A DNA stretch of 63,983 nt, filler included, from Trichomonas gallinae (taxonomy: Eukaryota): assembly GCA_008369845.1 (NCBI GenBank). It is 5 parts of 5 records of this genome, joined end to end, with 100 filler letters (N's around TTAATTAATTAA, not from the genome) between each part and the next. Parts side by side here need not be neighbours in the genome. Positions count along the whole stretch, not along the records: positions 13,602 to 37,876 come from MRSU01000101.1; 4 more parts are not named here. One strand, 5' to 3'. The notes under the pieces were generated by a model that saw nothing but the letters and a program-made list of their open reading frames with translations, was not told the DNA's origin and ran no database searches. Within the stretch, counting starts at the first letter, position 1. The number at the start of each line of letters is the position of its first letter. The position numbers and the translations under genes are program-made. This document shows, in pieces, positions 23,403 through 33,014 of this stretch.

Positions 23403-24275
23403 AATGTAAAAAAAAATTGAAGAACGTTGGCAGTTTTCAAATTCGTGTCACTTTTTTATTTTGAATTTGAGTGAATTTTTATTTTTTATATCATTTCCCT
23501 TTGTTTAGGAGTTATTTATAGGTCATAACTAATCATATAAAAGTGTTCGTTATTCTGAATTTTTGATCTTTTCTGAGATTGTAACCAATTATTGGCACTT
23601 TTTAATTGGTTATATCAGTTTTTTTCCAAAAAGTGTCGGTTTTTTATTAACATTTCTTATAAACCTTCGATTAGCACTTAAAAAACTGACCAAGGCCCTT
23701 ACATGGCCCTAAATATCAGGTGGTTCATTACGAATCTTGAAATATCTTATAGAAATATCTGAAATCTAGATGTCAAAAAAAAATGTAAATGTCACGTTTT
23801 AGTTATATTTCTGAATTTGTTACGTTTTAATTTACATTTTGTCATAATTTTGTTTTTTTTTTTAAATTGTCAAGTTTTTGGATTTACATTTTTGTCACTT
23901 TTTTGTCTTACATTTTTTTCGGAATTCAGAGGAATGATATTTATCTAAAGATTACTGTACACTGAACTTTGGTCTACTCATTCCACTACCTTGTTTGGTA
24001 TCTATGAAATGTCCTATCTCCTCTTTTTTATATATTCAAATTATTAAATATTGTATATCTATACTTATTGATCTAAAATGAATGATGTACATAAGTAAAA
24101 TAATTATTTTATAATTATCTCTAATAGTAAATCTGTTAATAAAAATTTCAATAAATTTATTTAAATATCTAAGCAATAAAAGCCTTGAAATCTTGTGTTT
24201 CTAAGGGAAAGATACATTTAATATTTACTAAATGCATGATAGAGAAAATGTTTATAAAATAACAAAATCGAATGC

Positions 24276-24842
24276 TTAACAGCATGACGAATCTTGTGGT
24301 GGCTTGGTTGGTATGATCTCTATAGGTTCAGTATTTTGAATACGAGCGTCAGCTTCATTCAAAGTTGCAATTTTTTCGAACAGGCCAATAACTCCGTCTC
24401 CAGTTTTCGCGGATACCTCACAGAAGAAGCTTGCTTGGCGAGCAAAAGCAAAATCCTCTGCGTTAGATGTAGAAACTGCTCTTTCTTCTGCTAAGTCTGA
24501 TTTATTTCCGACAATGCATATTTTAAGACCCTGTGGTCCCTTTTCTTCGAGTTCTTTAGTCCATGTTTCTAATGATTTGAAAGATTCCGCTTTGGTTATA
24601 TCATAAACAATAATTGCAACATTTGCAGTTCTATAATACATTGGTGCGAGTGTCCTAAACTTTTCTTGGCCCGCTGTATCCCATATTTGCATTGATACAG
24701 TGCCATTTTCTGTTTGAACAATATATTCCTGCAACGCTGCGCCAACTGTTGCAGTTGTATGATCAGCGAACCTTCCCTTCTTCAGGCGAGTAACTATTGA
24801 TGTTTTTCCAACCTGTGTGTCCCCGACCAGTACAACCTTCAT
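24276..24842 (-). CDS. Rab GTPase (Rab5/21/22-like)
   Basis: GDTQVGKT, TVGAA, WDTAGQE, LAPMYYR, GNKSD, SAK, C-terminal CC. Likely start MKVVLVG at 24842; the track's upstream extension reads as promoter DNA. Confidence 0.93.
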   Translation of the reverse strand: MKVVLVGDTQVGKTSIVTRLKKGRFADHTTATVGAALQEYIVQTENGTVSMQIWDTAGQEKFRTLAPMYYRTANVAIIVYDITKAESFKSLETWTKELEEKGPQGLKICIVGNKSDLAEERAVSTSNAEDFAFARQASFFCEVSAKTGDGVIGLFEKIATLNEADARIQNTEPIEIIPTKPPQDSSCC

Positions 24843-25460
24843 AAAATATAAATATTTGTCGTGTAAACAAAATGATAAACGAATTTTGTCAAGTAAATCA
24901 AAATCTTTGACAATCTTTTTATGTAAAGAAATTTTTGACAATTTTATAAAATTTGTCACGAAAATAAAACTCATGACTCCACAATCAGCTTATAATTATA
25001 TAGATGAGGAATACACTTTGAAACTAGAAAAATGATATACTTATCATTATTTTGACTTCAATCATGAGCTGTAACAATATGTTGTAGTTGAAAAATATCG
25101 TCTGTAATGTAGGTGAAATACAAATATTTCGTTTCCAAATGTTGGATTTATAACTTTGCATCAAGCAACTTCTTATAACTGTAGATATGATGTTAGGTTG
25201 AGAAATATTATTTATTTTAGCCAAAAGTCATAATATATGCTTGTAGCCAGTTATATTTTCCTACACTTTTATTTGAAATTAGAATTTGCATTTTAGAAAG
25301 GGATAATAAAGTAAATTGATTGCTAGTATGATTATACCACATAAGATAATACTGATATAAAATGATTGATATGTTCAACACGATCAGTAAAAACAAAATC
25401 AAAAATCTAAACAAAAATAACATGTTTTACCGTAAAAAATAATAAACAAACAATCAGAAC

Positions 25461-27098
25461 TTAATTAGCCATTATTAAAGCCTGTGAATTAGTTCTAAGG
25501 GAGGGGAGTAAAAAATTTGCTTGGCTGGAAACTGCTTTGAGTGGGAATAAGTTCATCATTGAAGGTGTTGCCTGGAGGACACCAGTACCATTACCATAAA
25601 CTTTTGAAAATTCGCCCAACTTTTCAGACAAGTTAATTTCCTTGTCTTTAGATGCTGCCGTACGAGCAATTGAAGCCCATCCTTTTAGCTTAGCCTTATT
25701 TTCATCATTTTCGGCTTGGATAACTTTCTTAACTTTGGAATTTGGAGAAACTCTTTGAATTGTAGCGAAAGAATCATTTCCAAGTGCTCGGACCTTATCG
25801 CTCCAGTGATTTCTAGCTCCTTCAATGTGTGGCAACAAGATCGATGTGAATTCTTTGCGATTTCTTGAGACAAGTTCTGTAAATGTTGGCAATACAAACA
25901 ATTTATTTGCTTCTTCAGCGATCTTATGGTGTGGAGAATCGACTGATCTAGCAATGAGCTCAATAATCTGGATCAATATCTTACTTGAAATAACTTCAGG
26001 GAAATCAAGGGCTGATGTCAATACTCCAAACAAAATTTCTTCCTTTGAGCCGTTGCTGATTGGCCAGATGTTAAGCAAAGTCTGTATTGTCATTCTTGAA
26101 AATGTGGAATTATTCATATAAAAGACATGAAGGATTTCTTTTAAGGGATCAACGAAAATCTTAAGGTACTCGCATCGAAGCAGGTTAAGGAAATGAGTTT
26201 GGTACAAGTTTTGTATGAGTTTCCAATGTTGAGGGAAATCTTTAAGGGTAGATCTGATTATGGAAAGGGAAGAGTAAACAGCGCATGGATCTGCTTCAAC
26301 AAAATGGTGATCGATAATGTGGATGAGGTTTGGCAGTAATTGTTGGAATAAATTATTGTTGGATTTGATTATATTTGCATAGAATCCAACTAATTGGTCG
26401 CGCTCTCTGAAGTCACGAGAAGATAAAACAGGAACTAACTCTTTTAATAAGTTAATATCGAAAGCTTCGTACTTAGGAAAGTCCTTATACAAAAACAAAA
26501 GTAACTTATATACATGCTGCATGTGCTCGAAATCATTCAACCTGAAAGAATTTAAATCGGAGTAATATAATGATATGCTATCAATATTTTCACGCGGACG
26601 AAGTAGATTTATTTTGATCATTTTCATGATACTCTGACGTATTTCCTCATCGATGTATGTATTAATTCCTAAACTCGAAAATTTGGAAGTAATTTCAATT
26701 AACGTGTTTGATTTTATTGTTTTTGCTTCTATGTCGTTCATAGGATTCTCAAAGTCGCACATTTGCTTGCACAAATCGATCTTTCGCATCAGAATGCCTT
26801 TAAATGAAGGCTCTGTGGCTTTTGGCAATAGAGGAAGTTTTGGCAATTGTAGAGATCTTGTTTGTTTTTGGTTACAGTTTCCTATTCTCGGGGAATCGAA
26901 GTCTCCTATGTCCGGGTCTGATTTTACTTGAAGAATTTCTGTCTTAGGCTCCTCCGCAATTGGAGGCATTTCTACAGTTAATTCTAGAGGAGGAAGTGCG
27001 ACACGTGAAGTGCTGCTAACTTTAGCCAGTGTTTTCGATCTTACAGTAGGTCTGTATATACTCAATGAAGATCGAAAACGAGGATATCTGCTAAACAT
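25461..27098 (-). CDS. Divergent PP2A regulatory subunit B' (B56 family), paralog of 21846-23402
   Basis: RKIDLCKQMCDF, SRDFRERDQL, IWPISNGSKEE, DSPHHKIAEEA, HWSDKVR. Shares the N-terminal GDFDSPR/TRSLQLPKLP and C-terminal WAxIARxAA..LSEKLGE blocks with its neighbour. Confidence 0.88.
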   Translation of the reverse strand: MFSRYPRFRSSLSIYRPTVRSKTLAKVSSTSRVALPPLELTVEMPPIAEEPKTEILQVKSDPDIGDFDSPRIGNCNQKQTRSLQLPKLPLLPKATEPSFKGILMRKIDLCKQMCDFENPMNDIEAKTIKSNTLIEITSKFSSLGINTYIDEEIRQSIMKMIKINLLRPRENIDSISLYYSDLNSFRLNDFEHMQHVYKLLLFLYKDFPKYEAFDINLLKELVPVLSSRDFRERDQLVGFYANIIKSNNNLFQQLLPNLIHIIDHHFVEADPCAVYSSLSIIRSTLKDFPQHWKLIQNLYQTHFLNLLRCEYLKIFVDPLKEILHVFYMNNSTFSRMTIQTLLNIWPISNGSKEEILFGVLTSALDFPEVISSKILIQIIELIARSVDSPHHKIAEEANKLFVLPTFTELVSRNRKEFTSILLPHIEGARNHWSDKVRALGNDSFATIQRVSPNSKVKKVIQAENDENKAKLKGWASIARTAASKDKEINLSEKLGEFSKVYGNGTGVLQATPSMMNLFPLKAVSSQANFLLPSLRTNSQALIMAN

Positions 27099-29794
27099 CT
27101 GGTGAAAAAAATTTGAAAAAGAAGAAAAATTTTTCTAAAAATTTGAGATTTATATATGAATTATATGATGAATAATGCGAATATCGAATAAAAGTGAAAT
27201 CAAATGATGTTTTGGATTTGAAAAGAACAAGGGAAAATTTAATATTATTCTAATTCATGAACAATTTATAGCATTATTGAATTTTTCGAAAATTCAATGT
27301 GTATAAAATAAAGTTTTCAATTATTATTTTTAACTTACAAAAGAAAATGCTGATTTCATTATAAAGATTAAGATTTTAGTGATATTTTATTTTCTATGGT
27401 TCTTAAAAAAATTTGTAAAGCATGATGAAAGTAATGATAAACACATAAAACGATAAATAATAACTAATCGATCGTTCAAAATAACCTTATCAATGTTATC
27501 TCGGATTCGATAAGATTCAATTCAAAATATATTGCTTGTGCGCCCGTAAAACTCGCAGAATTCAAATATAATATTGCTATTATGAGTTTTTTTGTTCCGT
27601 TCGGCAAATAAATCCCTCAACAAAGACTTTTTCGTATTTATTTCTAAAATTGGAAAAGTATTTGGGTTAATTGAAGCAAAACAAAACATAAACATGAGCT
27701 TTGAGTTATTTATCATATGACATAGGTCTAAAAAATCAAATGGAGAATATTTCATGGTCAAAACTAGTTTTGGTTATAGATTTGGTGAAAAATGACAAAA
27801 CAAATTTCGGAACAAAAAAATGACGAACAAACCTTATTTGGCTACACGCAACTGTTTGCTATATGGGATTGGTGTCCTTGTAGAATGTAAATCCGCTAAA
27901 ATTCACTTTCAATCATCTTTTTTGAAAAAAACTACAGATCTTATTCTGCTTTACGGACTTTATTAGAAAGGTCACTTAATCACTTAAAAGTATGGACTCT
28001 ATGTGCATTGATCATCTTATTTGTTAGCGTTCAAATGATGATCAATATTTTTCTCTGCAAAGTTACAATTTTTCTCCAAGAATTCAATTATTTAGGGCTA
28101 ACTATGCTAAATCTTAATTTTCTTCTGTATTCCAATATATATCATATAGAATTTCTAGAATAACTCAAGGAATTTTTAAATTCAATTCTATGGAGCTAAA
28201 AAATGGAAACTGTAGCCATCAACATGTTATGAATAGCAATACCTATGCTACAAAAATTTCATTTCAAATGTCCTTATTTGCTCATTCTTTAAAATAAAAA
28301 ATTTTATAAATTCGTTGAAAAAGTTATAGGGAAATGCTTAACCTGAAGATAGATTTAGTATATTAAATGTTTAGTAAAGCTATTATTTACTATGCTTAGT
28401 AATAAAATCTTTTATATAATGAAAAATATCTAAAAAGAGTCCAAAATTAGCAATAATGGTTAAACTTTTCGCGTAATTTGGTTATATATGTTGTAAGCAT
28501 GCGAAATGCAATGGAAATTTTAAGGATGACAACTGTATATTTCTGTTGGATAAAAAAGATAATAACATTGGTGTCTGATTCCAGCCAAAATTAAGCCATA
28601 GCTTCTACTAGTTGACAAATAGATATTACTGCAAAAAGAAGTTTGAACACTTGGAGATGATATTTAAGAAATTTGAATAATGACTTAATTCGTTGTTTGT
28701 TTGGGATTTGTGATCAATTCATCTTGTATATGCAAGCAATCTATGGTATTGGTGGAGTATGAGGATATTTCTGAATATCAAGAAATGAAATTAAAATCTA
28801 GATCGTGAACATATGCATTTGAGTCTTAAATTGATATACTTATATAATATATATATTCCCCTTCTTGTAGTTAAGATGAGATTAAATAAGGACTAAAAAA
28901 ATTAATGATATCTCGTGTATGAATAATATTATTGTGATGACATCGATCTAATAATATCGTGCTTGACTCAAGCTTCAATGTCTCTTAGTCTAGATAGCGG
29001 ATTATTTGTATCCGAGTTTATAGAACGATTTTTCGATAAACGATCGCAAAAATTTATGGAAAATCTTCTTTTATAGGATGAAGAATAATGAAATAACTAA
29101 AAAGGGATATGGATGTAATTAATATGTGTGTTTGACTAATAAAATAATTGACTTAGAAGTTTTTAAAATGGGAATTCAGTGAATTGAAATTATATATCTT
29201 TTGTTTGGAGAATAGAAATCCAATTTTGTAGGGTTTATTTTATATTTTATGTCATATAAAGTATATATATTGAGATAATGTCAAAAAAGACATTTTTGGG
29301 TGATATATAAATAAACGTAAAAAAATCGCTAATATAGCACTATTTATCCCTGCACGTGAAGACTTATGAGGTGTTATTTGGTTTTTGGCTAATATTGTTT
29401 TCTTATTTTCATTTTTTCGTATCAAAATTTATTATTAAAAAGTGAAAAAAAACCACTTATGAAAAAGTCCATAGAAAAAATTGAATATATTTCACTTTTT
29501 GATAGATTCCTTTTAAAATTAAGCTTAAGCCTTGATTTGCTGTTATTTTAAAAACCTTTTAGAATATGCTAATAATATTCAAAAAAACTGTCATTACCAC
29601 GATAGCACTTGCTAAATGAAGAATTCTTTTGTAGATATAGTATATTTATGGTATGCTGATACTAAAAACCAAAATTTAAAGACGAAAAACCACAGATTTA
29701 GAGAAAAAATTGATTTTTGAAAGAAGGGCAATTTTACCCCTGCCTCTCACAAATAGGATAACCGATAATCCTTCAGAAAAAGTTTCAGTTACAT

Positions 29795-30328
29795 ATGTCG
29801 CAATACCCACAGCTCGTTGTGCTTGGAGATGGTGGCGTTGGCAAGACATCTATCATCCTTCGTTATACCCGCAATCAATTCAGTGAGACTTATGAGCCAA
29901 CTCTCGAAGATAACTACCATGCAACAGTTAATCTAGATAATGGACCATTCGAAATGGATATTGCTGATACAGCCGGTCAAGATGACTACAAGTCACTCCG
30001 AGACCGTTACATGTCAACAGGAGACATATTCCTCATCGTTTATTCAGTTACAGAACCACGTACACTTAACACAGCTAAAGAAATGCTTACTCAAATCAAA
30101 GTTATCAAGGAAGATAAATTCAAATTCCTCTTAGCTGGTAACAAGTGCGATATTCCTAACCGACAGGTAACATATGATGATGGTAAGGCCGTAGCCGAGG
30201 AATTCGGCGGCCGCTTCCTCGAGACATCTGCTAAGAAGGTTATCAATATTAACGAGGCCTTCAAGGAGATCGCTCTCTTGTTAAAGGATGACAATAAGGC
30301 TGATACAAACTGCCAATGCGAAATTTAA
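29795..30328 (+). CDS. Ras-family small GTPase
   Basis: GDGGVGKT, effector YEPTLED, DTAGQDD, LRDRYM, NKCD, ETSAK; ends CQCEI. Confidence 0.95.
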   Translation: MSQYPQLVVLGDGGVGKTSIILRYTRNQFSETYEPTLEDNYHATVNLDNGPFEMDIADTAGQDDYKSLRDRYMSTGDIFLIVYSVTEPRTLNTAKEMLTQIKVIKEDKFKFLLAGNKCDIPNRQVTYDDGKAVAEEFGGRFLETSAKKVININEAFKEIALLLKDDNKADTNCQCEI

Positions 30329-31044
30329 ATTCTACAAAAAATATTAAATCGGTATTAAAGAGTACAGCAATGATTTTAAAAACCATCTTTTTTATAATTA
30401 AAACTACACCTTTTGAAACAAATATCGGATTCGAACAAATCTTTTTCTTTTTTCTCTAGAATCTCTTAACACACCAAGAAAGCTCGTCCGAAACATCTTA
30501 ATATCGCAATATCATCTATGATTTTTGTTCCAAGTTTTGCGACCACAGATCATTTCAAATGAAAAAGTCTTGATTTTCTAATTTATTTGGCATAAACTAT
30601 TCATCAATCCTTTGTATTTTAATTTAAAAGATTTTGTTCAAAAAAAAATTATCAATTTGACCACTTATAAATTTCTTTGTTATCCGTGGTTTATAACATG
30701 ATCTGCACCATTTACTGACTCCTAAATTCAACATTTCGCATATTCACCTTGGAAAAACTTATTTTGTCAGATTCATTCCGATTATTAAAGATAATCCAAC
30801 TTTTGTAGTAAAAAATTTCATCAATACTCTTCTATATCTATCAAAATCTTCATTCCTGGTCCGTCAAACCTTGATTTTATTATATGAAATCTCATAATAT
30901 CAAAAGAAACTAATTATTCTAATTGGAACCTTATTTAAATAGTCAACAACTGTTATTTCATATATGAGAACAAAACTATCTATTTATTTTATAAAATATT
31001 AATATGAAGATATTAATAATTCGTATTACATAACAGAACTTGTA

Positions 31045-31710
31045 TTATATTAAAAGAGTAGGTAAGTCTGAAGTCCTTCGCCTAGCAATTTCTTGTGTTA
31101 ATTCTTTCTTATCGGACATTTTTTGCTGCCAAGCATCTTCGTTAATTTCTACTTTTTTGTCGAGCAAGCTAAACTTGACTTTTATTAAATTTACGAGTTC
31201 GGCTTGTTTGTTAACAACATATGTAGATTTTTCTTGTGATGACTTTAATAATGATGTAATTTGATTTTGGATGGCGTCATCAGGTCTGAGCTCGAGAAGA
31301 GCCGCAGAAAGCTGATTGATCGTCTTTTCAATTTCGGTACGAGTTTTTATTGCGCTTGTTTGTATTTGATGAAAATGCGTAATTTCTTCATTTTGGAACG
31401 TATCTAGTTCATTTTGAATCGAATTTAGCAATTCTATCTTTTTGTTCGATGTTAAAGAAATACGTTTTAATAAATCTTTTCTTATGGCTTCTTCATTGAT
31501 GGCTTCCACTCTGCAAGACGTTGTATAGTTTCTTGACGCGACTTTTGGATTAGTTTGATTTGAAGAAAATGCCGAAATAGAAGAATCTTGATTTAATTCT
31601 TCCATTCTCTGCGAAATTGCTTCCATTTGCTGCTTAATGGTCATTCTTTCCTTCCGCATGGACATGATTTCCTCTATGATGCGATTTTTTTCATCAGGTG
31701 TAAGATTCAT
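31045..31710 (-). CDS. Hypothetical coiled-coil protein
   Basis: 221 aa ATG ORF with heptad-rich E/K/Q composition and AAAGTGAC just upstream. Confidence 0.75.
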   Translation of the reverse strand: MNLTPDEKNRIIEEIMSMRKERMTIKQQMEAISQRMEELNQDSSISAFSSNQTNPKVASRNYTTSCRVEAINEEAIRKDLLKRISLTSNKKIELLNSIQNELDTFQNEEITHFHQIQTSAIKTRTEIEKTINQLSAALLELRPDDAIQNQITSLLKSSQEKSTYVVNKQAELVNLIKVKFSLLDKKVEINEDAWQQKMSDKKELTQEIARRRTSDLPTLLI

Positions 31711-32238
31711 CTGATGAAGAAAAAAGTCACTTTTATCAGCCTGTACAAAATATTATCGTTATTTGAAAAACGCATCTTTATATCACAATAAATCTATTTT
31801 TCGCTTAAAAATTGCTAAAATCTGTGTTTTTCGATTTCGATCGAATTTCAGAACATGGCATTCGAATTGTTTATAGTCTCTATATATTTATAAATGTCTA
31901 TATATACTTAACCCATGAACAAAGTTCTATTTTGACGAATTTATAAAATTGAAAAAAATTTATATCTTGGTCTTTTTGTCCAAAATTTGAAATTTAGAAT
32001 TAGTAATAAAAATAAAATATATTTATAGATTTTTAATTTTGAAATTTCGTTAAATTAACAAGAAATTTGATAAAATGTCTAGAAATTTATATTAATTTTT
32101 TGGTTTATAAAATTTGTAAAAAATAATTTTGTGAGTTTTAGCTCAAAATTTCGTGATATTTAGCGAGTATACATGACTACAATCCATTTTATTAAGTTTA
32201 AAAAATAATTTTAACCTTAAACAAATCACTACATTTTG

Positions 32239-32664
32239 ATGCTTTCTTCAATCTCGAAGTGCGCAAATTTTGCCAAAGTTTCCACGCGCTTCATCAATGG
32301 ACATGACTGGGTATCCACAAGTGATGAAGGAAAAACGCTCACATTTTCAGCAGGACCAGGAAAATTCCCAGATCCACCTGAAGCCGTCGTTATGGCATTA
32401 GGAGCATGTGCTGGTGAAACAGTTAAGGCTATTTTCGACTACAAGAAGTATAAATACAGTAAAATTGACATCGATATTGATTACGAGTACAACAGAAAGC
32501 CACAAAAACGCCTCGATAACATCAAAATTATAGTCTCTACTGATGCTGACATTGATCCAGAAAGAATGCAGAAAGTTCTCGAAACAACTGAAAACAAGGG
32601 CTGCATTGTTGCGGGATCTCTTAAGCACAACGCAAACATCAAAGCTTACTACAAGAAGTTGTAA
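32239..32664 (+). CDS. OsmC/Ohr-family protein with hydrogenosome-like presequence
   Basis: PDPPEAVVMALGAC and GCIVAGSL carry the two conserved Cys. N-terminus MLSSISKCANFA resembles trichomonad hydrogenosomal leaders. Inr-like TCACT upstream. Confidence 0.85.
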   Translation: MLSSISKCANFAKVSTRFINGHDWVSTSDEGKTLTFSAGPGKFPDPPEAVVMALGACAGETVKAIFDYKKYKYSKIDIDIDYEYNRKPQKRLDNIKIIVSTDADIDPERMQKVLETTENKGCIVAGSLKHNANIKAYYKKL

Positions 32665-33014
32665 ATTTTAATCTATTTATTCAATCGATATTTTTTGTTT
32701 ATTAATATAAGCCATTGAATCTTTCAAATTTCTCTCCTACACGATACAATATCAGTACATATCAATATTTTGAATTGATCAAATTTTTTTTTTTAAACTT
32801 ATTATTGAAGCTTGAATACTTATGGAATAACAAACATTTGTCATGGTGATACTATTTACAATAATGATTTATAACGAAAATGATTTTTGAAGTTTTGATC
32901 TTTTATTTTTGTCAAGTAAGAAACCAAAATTTGACACAATACTTTCAATATTCAAATAACGTATATTTTACATGACATATTTTTGGTAATTTTTTTTCAT
33001 TGTCAGAATTTTTT

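Noticed and set aside
24843..24974. 44-aa N-terminal extension on the Rab
   Set aside because: AT-rich, packed with TGACA/TGTCA promoter-like motifs; the G-domain begins at the second Met.
27100..29790. Long intergenic stretches (also 59510-61860) as hidden genes or RNAs
   Set aside because: Only short AT-rich ORFs; possible decayed coding relics, but no motif, tRNA or rRNA that I could support.
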